Translations under genes and position numbers: made by a program | The notes under the pieces: model-generated | Seen by the model: the letters and a program-made list of their open reading frames with translations, nothing else | What the model was told of the DNA's origin: nothing | The model's database searches: none | From: Octopus vulgaris | Taxonomy: Eukaryota | Direction of reading: 5' to 3' | DNA length: 64,000 bases | Assembly: GCA_951406725.2 (NCBI GenBank) | Contig: OX597815.1 | Span: 203,360,001 to 203,424,000, forward strand | In this document: positions 54,267 to 64,000 of the stretch, one piece after another | Numbering within the stretch: position 1 is the first letter of the stretch | Layout: the number at the start of each line of letters is the position of its first letter

Positions 54267-54655
54267 TACTCTTTACTCTTTTACTTGTTTCAGTCTTTTG
54301 ACTGCGGCCATGCTGGAGCACCGCCTTTAGTCGAGCAACTCAACCCCGGGACTTATTCTTTTTGTAAGCCCAGTACTTATTCTATCGGTCTCTTTTTGCC
54401 GAACCGCATCGGTTGTCAAGCAATGCTAGGGAAACAAACACAGACACACACATACATACACACACACTTATATATATATATATACATATATACGACAGGC
54501 TTCTTTCAGTTTCCGTCTACCAAATCCACTCACAAGGCATTGGTCGGCCCAGGGCTATAGTAGAAGACACTTGCCCAAGATGCCACGCAGTGGGACTGAA
54601 CCTGGAACCATGTGGCTGGTTAGCAAGCTACTTACCACACAGCCACTCCTGTGCC
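54267..54655 (-). mobile_element. tRNA-derived SINE family 1 copy
   Basis: Near-identical to other copies, small internal deletion. Confidence 0.88.
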
Positions 54656-55306
54656 TAATTTTAAAATGTGCTTTTAATTTTAAAAAATGATTGAGAGTTG
54701 TACTCCAGGTATAAAATGTGAACCAAAATTCTTGTGATGGTGATAAGTTAACCCTACCTTACTAATTACTGACATATAAAGGCAGGGAATTGGCAGTGCA
54801 TTAGACAAAATATTTCCCAGTATCTATTCCAACTCTTTGTGCACTGAGTTCAAATATTGCCAAGGCCAATTTGCCTTTCATTCCTTTGGGAGTCAAAACA
54901 TACCAATCAAATGTTGTAGACTGATTCAACTATTAAAATGTCAGGATGTCTGACAATATATACCCTGGCTCTTTGCATAATGATAACGACACCTGTGACA
55001 ATGCCAGTACCAAGTTGTGTTAGCCATGTTGTCTCTTGGACAACATGGTGGCATAGAGAAGGAGACTTGCATGCACAAACAACTGCTAGATTTCCATCAA
55101 AAGCCTTATTTAGGCATGCACAAACTGATACAGATACATAACAGACCTTGACTAACCAAAGCTCCTAGGTTTTATACTCTCAATTGTCTTATATGTTGGC
55201 ATATACAGTAAAAGAACTGAAATAAAAAGACTGATAAAAGAAAAAAATACATACCACACATACACAAAAAGAAAAAGATAAAATAGAACAATATTTCAAA
55301 TCTTAC

Positions 55307-55367
55307 ATTTACTCTTGGTATCATCTTCAAATTCAATTTCAGTATCAGAATCGATTTCTTCAGGATT
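55307..55367 (-). CDS. CTNNA: Alpha-catenin exon, acidic phospho-linker: NPEEIDSDTEIEFEDDTKSK
   Basis: tttag|AAT acceptor, AAAT|gtaaga donor; 61 nt, phase 0-1, keeps frame between neighbours; resembles the vertebrate TPEELDDSDFETEDFD linker. Not in the ORF track. Confidence 0.88.
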
Positions 55368-55519
55368 CTAAATGATTGTAAAAGAAGGACATGAAAAGAA
55401 TTGTCATTTTGTCTTATTTTCTTTGATGTAAATAAAAACTTAGTGAAAAAAAAAAAAATTTACAAATTTTAAACAGCCAAACTGGTAAATCCTATGCTCT
55501 GGGAAGATAGTTTTTGTAG

Positions 55520-56736
55520 GGGCTATAAACACTGAAAGTGTGAAAGAACAGCTTCTGTCACATTCCAGGGAGAAAAACTACAAGTAGTTGATAGCTTCTG
55601 TTACCTAGGGGAATAAGTCAGGAGCGGGGGTGGATGCTCTGAAAGTGTAGCTACTAGAATAAAAATAGCCTGGGTAAGGTTCAGAGAGTTCCTACCTCTG
55701 CTGGTGACAAATTAGGGTCACTCAGAGTAAAAGGTAGACTGTATGATGCATGTGTATGAACAGCCATACTACCTGGCAGCAAAACATAGGCAGTAAGCTT
55801 GCAAGGAATGAAGCCTGTATGCTCCTCTGGATGTGTAATGTCAGTGTGTATACATGACAGTAAGCACCCTCAGAGAAAATTCAGATTTAAGAAGCATCAG
55901 ATGTGGTGTGCAAGAGAGACGACTGTGCTGGTATGGTCATGTGTTGCAAATGAATGAGGACAGCTGTGCGAAAAAGGGTTACACCCTAGCAGTTGAGGAA
56001 ACCTGTGGAAGAGGTAGACCCAGGAAAACTTGGGATGAGGTGGTGAAGCACAACCTTTGAACATTGGGCCTTACCGAGGCAATGAATAGTGACCGAGACC
56101 TTTGGAGATATGCTGTGTTTGAGAAGACCCGACAAGCCAAGTGAGACCATAGCCTGTGACCTATGCTAGTGGGTGTAACCAGTCCACTTATGAATACCCT
56201 TCATTCATTAGACAATAAACTTTGCTCGCGAAGACCTATTGAGGCAAATGAAATCAAATTCACTGACATGGCCAATGACAGTTCTGCCTGATTGGCACTC
56301 ATACCAGTGGAAGGTTGAAAGCACATCCAAGCATGATTGTTGCCAGGGCCATGGATTGGCTCTTATGCTGGTGGAACATAAAAAGCACCATTCGAACATG
56401 ATCATTGCCAGCATGGCCTTACTGGTACATGTGCCGGTGACACATGAAAAACAGTCAAGCGTGGTCGTTGCCGCCTGACTGGCTCCCGTGCAGATAGCAC
56501 ATAAAAAACACCTTTTGAGCATGGTCGTTGCCAGAACCGCCTGACTGGCCCCCATGCCAGTGGCATGTAAAAGCACCCACTACACCCTTGGGGGTGTTGG
56601 CATTAGGAAGGGCATCCAGCTGTAGAAACTTTGCCAGATCAGATTGAGCCTGGTGCAGCTTTCTGGCTCACCAGTCCTCGGTCAAACCGTCCAACCCATG
56701 CCAGCATGGAAAGCAGACGTTAAATGACGATGATGA

Positions 56737-56737
<1 letters not shown>
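55520..56737 (+). mobile_element. 5'-truncated RTE-clade LINE
   Basis: VDSFCYLG, AWVRFRE, RRLCWYGHV, GRGRPRKTW motifs; tandem-repeat 3' UTR and (GAT)n tail. Confidence 0.85.
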
Positions 56738-56786
<49 letters not shown>

Positions 56787-56939
56787 GTAAGCTTCACATT
56801 CCTGTTCATGATCACAACTGCCCAAGAAACTGGAATATAAAATTGAGTAGCAGTTTTTGTGATGATTTTGCTGCTTCAGGTAATCTCATAAGTATTGTTC
56901 GGATTTTAAATAAGGAAAACAAGTGATCAACATTTTCAT

Positions 56940-57440
56940 TTTAATGAAACAATAGTCAATATAGCTTCCACGATTATCTATGACAGCTTTCAATCTACTT
57001 ATAAGTTTATTAATCCCATTAATGGAAAACTCTCAATTTTGAAGAGAGCTTTGACATGTCAGTTTCAACTTGCTCAGTTGTTTCACGAGTTAATCCATCC
57101 AAATGATTCTGTAAACTATGGAACAAAAGGTAATCTGAAGGAACACAGTCTGGGGAATAAGGTAGATGAGCAATTTTCTCTAAGCCAAGTTCCTCGATTT
57201 TCTGACATAATCTTTGCAGTATGGGGTCTTGCATTTTTCTGATGAAACACCACTCTCTCAATTCACTAAAGCAGACCTATTTTTTCTTCAAAGAGACGTT
57301 CAAACACTAATTGCTAACAATAGATTTAAACATTGATTGTTGCATTAGTTGGTAGAAACTCCAAGTGAATGACTCCTTTGCAATCTCACCAAACAGAAGA
57401 ACCTTCTTCACATGGAGTTCCCTTTTCGGTTGGAGTTTTT
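56940..57440 (-). mobile_element. Mariner transposase fragment
   Basis: HLPYSPDCVPSDYLLFHSLQNHL. Confidence 0.75.
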
Positions 57441-57535
57441 CCCCTTCACCAACATTTTGATAAAGACCCATTTTTCATTACACACACATGCATACACACA
57501 CATATACACATATATACATACACACACACACAAAG

Positions 57536-57912
57536 ATGGTACTCCACTGGTTATGGCAACGAGGGTTCCAGTTGATCTGATCAATGGAACAGCCTGCCCA
57601 TGTAATTAACGTGCAAGTGGCTGAGCACTCCACAGACTCACGTACCCGTAACGTAGTTCTCAGAGGAAATTCAGTGTGACAGAGTGTGACAAGGCTGGCC
57701 CTTCGAAATACATGTACAACAGAAACAGGAAGAAAGAGTGAGAGAAAGTTGTGGTGGAAGAGTACAGCAGTGTTCGCCAACACCCACTGCCAGAGCCTCG
57801 TGGAGCTTTAGGTGCTTTCGTTCAATAAACACAACATCCAGTCTGGGAGTCGAAACTGCAATCCTACAACTGCGAGTCTGCTGTCCTAACCACTGGGCCA
57901 CTGCGCCTCCAC
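57536..57912 (-). mobile_element. SINE family 3-related copy
   Basis: Minus head tggaggcgcagtggcccagtggttaggacagcagactcgc matches 23368-23475; tail shared with 24570-24709. Confidence 0.75.
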
Positions 57913-58282
57913 ATGCACACATACACATACAATTTATTAAATGAAGTGTGGTCTGCTTTACAAACTATTTCCTCATCTTTAGGTATGTGGTCAACACTTT
58001 CACTGTCACCAGTCATTTCCAGTCCAGGTGATGCTTTTGAGATAAACAAAGGACTGAACCAGAAACTTTTATATTGCCATCTAGTTCTAATGTTTGAATG
58101 ATTTGTTTTAAAAGTTTTATTTCCATTTATTTATATGTGAAGTTCACGATGACACACACACAATTCCATATACTGTCACCAGCATGACACCTACTTCCAT
58201 TCATTCAGTAGCAGTGAATTTGGTAGATATCACTTGCACAAAGCCAGACATATATACACACACACATATATATATATATATA

Positions 58283-58310
<28 letters not shown>

Positions 58311-58315
<5 letters not shown>

Positions 58316-58477
58316 TACACTCACAGAGTGGTTGGCGTTAGGAAGGGCATCCAGCTGTAGAAACATTGCCAGATAAGACTGGAGCCTGGTGCAGCCTTCT
58401 GGCTTCCCAGATCCCCGGTCGAACCGTCCAACCCATGCTAGCATGGAGAACGGACGTTAAATGATGATGATGATGAC
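58311..58477 (+). mobile_element. RTE 3'-tail fragment
   Basis: Same tail with (GAT)n. Confidence 0.8.
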
Positions 58478-59241
58478 ATCAATGTTTATTCATCATTTTA
58501 ACATCCACTTTCCCATGCTTTCATACAGAATACACAAAGGTAGGTTTTCTACAACCAGATGCCCTTCCTGTCACCAAATTTCACTGCTTTCCAAGTAACG
58601 TAACATTTCCTCAGAGCCAGACGTGTTTCCACTGTTATATATTGGAAGTGATAAATTTCATCTGGACATGTGACAACAGGGTACATGGCTAAGCAGCTAA
58701 AAAGTTCCTTCCACAGTCATGAGATCCTAGGTTCAATGCCATTATGTGGAATCTTGAATGACATATTTTATAACCTTGGGTTAACATATCTAGTGAGTAA
58801 AATTCAGAGACTACGATGTCCATCAGATGGATTGCACTTTTAACTGAAAAAGTACAGTTTTGTCGCACACTGTGTCATAGATTCTACCTGAGAATTAGAC
58901 ACAGGCATGGTTGTGTGGTGATGGTCCCAGGTTCAGTCCCACTGCATGGCACTTTGGTTGGTTTGGGGTGATAGAAGATATTTACCCAAAGCCTTGTGAG
59001 TGGATTTGGTAGTTGGAAAGTAAAAGTCCATGTGTGTACGTATGCATGTGTGTATGTTTGTGTCCCCTTGTCTTGACATCATATAATTGCAAAATGGTTG
59101 TCACTGCTATACAAGCAGTGTCACTTTTAATATTTTGCAAGAACATGTCTGACTATAGGGAAATATTACCTTGCCTGGAAACAATTGAGGGTCTGACCTA
59201 TGCAAGCATGGAAAAGAGAACATTAAAATAATGATTATATA

Positions 59242-59403
59242 GGCGCAGGCGTAGCTGTGTGGTAAGAAGCTTCCTTCCCAACCACATGGTTCCGGGTTCA
59301 GTCCCACTGCGTGGCACCTTGGGCAAGTGTCTTTCTACTATAGCCTCGGGCCGATCAAAGCCTTGTGAGTGGATTTGGTAGACGGAAACTGAAAGAAGCC
59401 TGT

Positions 59404-59450
<47 letters not shown>

Positions 59451-59675
59451 ATTTGTGTCTGTCCTTGTGTCTCTGTTTGTCCCCCACCACCGCTCGACAA
59501 CTGGTGTTGGTTAGTTTACGTCCCCGTAACTTAGCGGTTCGGCAAAAGAGATAGATAGAATAAGTACCAGGCTTGAAAAAATAAGTACTGGGGTCGATTC
59601 ACTCGACTAAAAATTAAAGGCGGTGCCCCAGCATGGCTGCAGTCTAATGACTGAAACAAGTAAAAGATAAAAGAT
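59242..59675 (+). mobile_element. tRNA-derived SINE family 1 (variant subfamily)
   Basis: GGCGCAGGCGTAGCTGTGTGG head, GGTTCAGTCCC B-box. Confidence 0.88.
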
Positions 59676-59714
59676 AGTAGGGTGTTTGTAGATATATAAG
59701 TGAAAAAAACTTAC

Positions 59715-59863
59715 TCTGCTGAGTAACACAGACTGCCGAATATCACGAACACCATCATAAACAAGGCGACTGGCATCAATGAACTCATTTTCATCAATTT
59801 CTTTCGATGAGGAATTCAGAGAATTCACAGCTACTTCAACTTTCTGAGCAAAATTTGGCATCA
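59715..59863 (-). CDS. CTNNA: Alpha-catenin exon: VMPNFAQKVEVAVNSLNSSSKEIDENEFIDASRLVYDGVRDIRQSVLLSR
   Basis: Hallmark ENEFIDASRLVYDGVRDIR; attgtag|TG acceptor, AGA|gtaagt donor; 149 nt, phase 1-0. Confidence 0.96.
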
Positions 59864-60222
59864 CTACAATGACACACACAAATTTGTTCAATGTAATATG
59901 ACAAGCAGAAATTTGATTAAAGAAAAAAATTTTAAACAATTGTCTTTAATAAAAAAAAAAAACGAAATTTAATATGATTGCAATGAAAATAGCCACTAGA
60001 AATTAGACAGACTGACAATTCTCTAGACAAGTACTATGTTGGCTAATTTTATTTGCTGTTTTTGTTCCAGCTAAAATTGCAATGTACTGGATTTTTTTTT
60101 TAATGCCCAGATGGCTCACTAGACATAGTTGATAGCTTCTGTTCTCTATGAGACATAATTAGCAGTGGAGGTGATTCTTCAGAAAATAAAGTAACCAAGG
60201 TAAAGACAAGTTAAAAAATGTT

Positions 60223-60616
60223 CAGGAGTGGCTGTGTGGTAAGTAGCTTGCTTACCAACCACATGGTTCCGGGTTCAGTCCCACTGCGTAGCATCTTGGG
60301 CAAGTGTCTTCTACTATAGCCTCGGGCCGACCAATGCCTTGTGAGTGGATTTGGTAGACGGAAACTGAAAGAAGTCCGTCGTATATAAGTATATATATGT
60401 GTGTGCGTGTGTGTTTGTGTTTGTCCCCCAAGCATTGCTTGACAACCGATGCTGGTGTGTTTATGTCCCCGTCACTTAGCAGTTCGGCAAAAGAGACCGA
60501 TAGAATAAGTACTGGGCTTACAATAGAATAAGTCCCGGGGTCGAGTTGCTCGACTAAAGGCGGTGCTCCAGCATGGCCGCAGTCAACTGACTGAAACAAG
60601 TAAAAGAGTAAAGAGT
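60223..60616 (+). mobile_element. tRNA-derived SINE family 1 copy
   Basis: Reverse complement of 62442-62857. Confidence 0.88.
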
Positions 60617-61949
60617 TACTACCATTGCAGGCAACAAAAGCTTTTTCCTCCAGAGTGAAGGTCAATGTGTGCAACATTTGTGCTAGAATTGAGATGTTAC
60701 ATGGTAGTCAGATATTGCTTTTGAATACAAAAGACCTGCAAAAACTAGAAAGAAATGAAGTGAGCATGCCGAAACATGTGTAATGTTAGTAATGCATGAA
60801 ACTTTGAGTAAATATGAACTAAGAGTAAAATGGGGTATAAGAGGACTCGGATGTGGTAAGAGAAGAAGCTGCACTAATAAAGGCAGGTGTTGCTCATGGA
60901 GAATGATAGCGGCTGAGCACTTCTGTTAGTGGAACCTACAGAAGAAGGAGACAAAGGAAGATTTAGGATGAAGTGATGCAAACAGGCCTGAGGATGCAGC
61001 TCATGAAGGAGATGACAAAGAACTGCACTGATTGGTGATACACAGTTTTACAGAAGAACTGTCTGAATATACCAAAACATACCTTGACGTTAAGGTAGTG
61101 TTTTAGAAGCCATGCAAACACACACAGTGAACTCTATGGAAATGAGCATCTTTAGTAACAAAAACCATGGAAACAAATGCTTCTCCGTTAATTTTATAAT
61201 GGATATAATCATGGTAAAGAACAATTACCATAAAAAAAGTTAAAAACTAAGGCAATGAAAGTTTGCTTCAGTACCTTAAATGCTATCTTGAATTATATCC
61301 CTTTTTTAAAGCACACTCTAAAATGTGACTGGCAATAACATGGTTGTGTGGTGATGGTCCCAGGTTCAGTCCCACTGCATGGCACTTTGGTTGGTTTGGG
61401 GTGATAAAAGATATTTACCCAAAGCCTTGTGAGTGGATTTGGTAGTTGGAAAGTAAAAGTCCATGTGTGTATGTAAGCATAACCAGCTGATCTAGCAAGC
61501 GGGGCCTCATATCAGGGAGGGGGGCCAGCGCGCATTGATGCCGTCGAGAGGTAGGCCCCGAAACGGTGCGCATTCTCTCCTGATGACCCCATACACTTGC
61601 TAGCTTCCGGTATATGGAGCTTTTAACTGGTAGCACTTGCATGTGCAAGTTGTTTGCAAGACAACACAGGCATCCAACCATAGAAGCTATGCCAGAAAAA
61701 AAAAGAAAGAAATGATATCTGACCAGTCTTAGAAGATAGTAAGTCTGAATAAGAACTGAATCAGATCATGATGGCCCTCTAGTCCATTAAAGCAGGAAAA
61801 TGATTTGTATTTGAATGAATGCATATATATATATATATACATACACACACACACGGGGTTATGTGTATGCATGCATATATGAGCATGTATCAGTCTATAT
61901 ACGTCTGTTTGTGTATTATGTGTGTACATATATGTAAAATGTAACTAAC

Positions 61950-62150
61950 CTTGGTCTCTTAACAATTTAACATATGACATTACATTTTCAACATAACGCC
62001 CAGGTTCATAGTTGTCCATTTCTGCAATCACAACATTGTTTACACGAGCTGCTCGCCCTCGAATGGCACCAGCCGTTCTATCTAAGGTATCAGCATCTTT
62101 GTCTTGTAATGCAATAACACATTTGTTCACATCTTCTAAGATATGGTTTT
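61950..62150 (-). CDS. CTNNA: Alpha-catenin internal exon (M domain): ENHILEDVNKCVIALQDKDADTLDRTAGAIRGRAARVNNVVIAEMDNYEPGRYVENVMSYVKLLRDQ
   Basis: Peptide matches the alpha-catenin M region; acceptor tctttcag|AA, donor CAAG|gttagt; 201 nt, phase 1-1. Upstream exons lie outside the window. Confidence 0.95.
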
Positions 62151-62441
62151 CTGAAAGAGAAATTAAAAATAAGAATTTCATTTTGTAACAATCCTTTCTA
62201 GTATAGGCACAAGGCCTGAAATTTTGCTGGGAGAGGTTAGTTGCTCGCAACGACCCCACTGCTCAACCAGTAATCTTGTTTATTGAAATTAAAGGACCAA
62301 ATACAGAGTCAACCTTGGTGATATTTAAAATCAGAACATATAAGACAGATAAAAACGCTAGGCTGCATTTAGTCTGGGATGTTAATGATTCTGTCAGCTC
62401 AGCACATTATTTTATGTAATTAGAATAGATTTCAAATTAGG

Positions 62442-62646
62442 TACTCTTTTACTTGTTTCAGTCATTTGACTGTGGCCATGCTGGAGCACCGCCTTTAGTC
62501 GAGCAACTCGACCCCGGGACTTATTCTTTTGTAAGCCCAGTACTTATTCTATCGGTCTCTTTTGCCGAACCGCTAAGTGACGGGGACGTAAACACACCAG
62601 CATCGGTTGTCAAGCAATGCTAGGGGGACAAACACAGACACACAAA

Positions 62647-62692
<46 letters not shown>

Positions 62693-62857
62693 TACGACGG
62701 GCTTCTTTCAGTTTCCGTCTACCAAATCCACTCACAAGGCTTTGGTCGGCCCGAGGCTATAGTAGAAGACACTTGCCCAAGGTGCCACGCAGTAGGATTG
62801 AACCCGGAACCGTGTGGTTGGTAAACAAGCTACTTACCACACAGCCACTCCTGCGCC
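62442..62857 (-). mobile_element. tRNA-derived SINE family 1 copy
   Basis: Full-length, CpGs retained. Confidence 0.9.
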
Positions 62858-64000
62858 TATGGACAATTTTTAGAGAAAGGGTATTATTCAATTACACTAA
62901 CCCCAATACTTCACTGGTACTTTATTTTATGAACCTCGGAGTGATGCAAAACAAAACTGTCCTTGACATGATTTGAAACCAGAATATAAATACTGCAAAA
63001 ACACTACCACAAAACATTTTGTCTGACACTAACAATTCTGTTAATCTTCTTCAAGCAGCCACAGAAGAATGGACAGAATCATTAACTGGCTCTATGTTCT
63101 GAATTCAAATCCTCCTGAAGTCTCATCTCATTTGTCCAATGTACTAATGATTCTGCCAATTTAGTGCATTTAATAATAGATTTTAATAGAGGCAAATGAC
63201 CAGAAATTTTGGGGAAGCAGTTAATTGATCACCTAAAATTCATTGCATGACTTGTTCAAGTGAGAGTCAATTACATCAACCCCAGTACAAAGACTTCTAC
63301 TTCATGCTGTTGACTCTGGAGAGAGAGAAAGTTGGATGAGGCAGAATGCAATTTCAATGTAAAGAGTTTTCCAGTACCAGTCAAGAATTGGAATTGATAT
63401 AACTGACTAAACCCCTCCCACAAAATTCTATCAAAATAATGCTGCCACCAAGCTCTTTTTGGTGCCTTTAGCAGAACCCACTGTTTCAAACATCCAGATT
63501 AGATCTATGATCAGAGGGAAATTTTATCTCAAGTCCACTGCTTCTTGCTTCAGCAAGCTACAAATTGGTTTCTGTTTCCCTTTTTCCCCCACAACATATC
63601 TGAGAAGTTTCACAAAAGCTCAAGGACATTAACCTTTCTCCACTGAGTCATTAAAATCAAGTATAATAAAGCTTAATATCTTTAATAAAGAATTAATATC
63701 CAGTCTACAGACTGTGCTTAACAAGAATAAAAAACAAGCAGCACCAATGGAAGACGTATGAGCAATGATCCATTCGCAACATCTGTTTAACCAATATGAA
63801 TGCTATTAAAAACTGCTTTAATTATACTACATCTTTTATAATTAAACATCAATCATTTGGTAATAAACCGACATTACATTTAGTGAAATATGCATGTTTG
63901 GTTACTAGAAAAATAAATCAATATTTCATCTACACTAAGCATTGATTTTTTGCATTTTGGTGGTGATGGTAGTAGTGGTTAGAGTCATAAGTAATGTACT

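Noticed and set aside
57864-58049. Protein-like minus ORF SPGLEMTGDSESVDHIPKDEEIV as a possible alternative catenin exon
   Set aside because: Available acceptors give the wrong phase for this phase-0 intron and the donor is only a microsatellite GT.
59242-59320. tRNA-like A/B boxes
   Set aside because: SINE heads without a full cloverleaf; not tRNA genes.

Overview
Repeat-rich, AT-rich animal genomic DNA. The SINE/RTE repertoire and dense (TA)n/(CA)n/(TACA)n microsatellites suggest an octopod cephalopod (inference). The right half (38.3-62.2 kb, minus strand) holds the 3' part of an alpha-catenin gene. I could phase nine coding exons by hand with GT-AG junctions, including a 21-nt microexon, ending in TAA at 38341, probably followed by a long 3' UTR running towards ~29.4 kb. 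The left half is intergenic: decayed mariner/Tc1 transposons, tRNA-derived SINEs, RTE/Tx1 LINE remnants and Penelope-like element (PLE) remnants. The main unexplained signal is at least 13 type-I hammerhead-ribozyme (HHR)-like motifs (CTGANGA-stem II-GAAA-palindromic stem III-NUH-stem I). Most sit in short non-coding units embedded in (TA)n tracts, often as head-to-head inverted duplications, one of them next to a PLE reverse-transcriptase remnant. Several lie in alpha-catenin introns, one on the sense strand just upstream of the microexon. This looks like a diversified family of (TA)n-targeted, ribozyme-bearing non-autonomous retroelements (PLE pLTR/retrozyme-like), including a variant with a non-canonical core. 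All alignments and folds were done by eye and most ORF-track entries are microsatellite artefacts.
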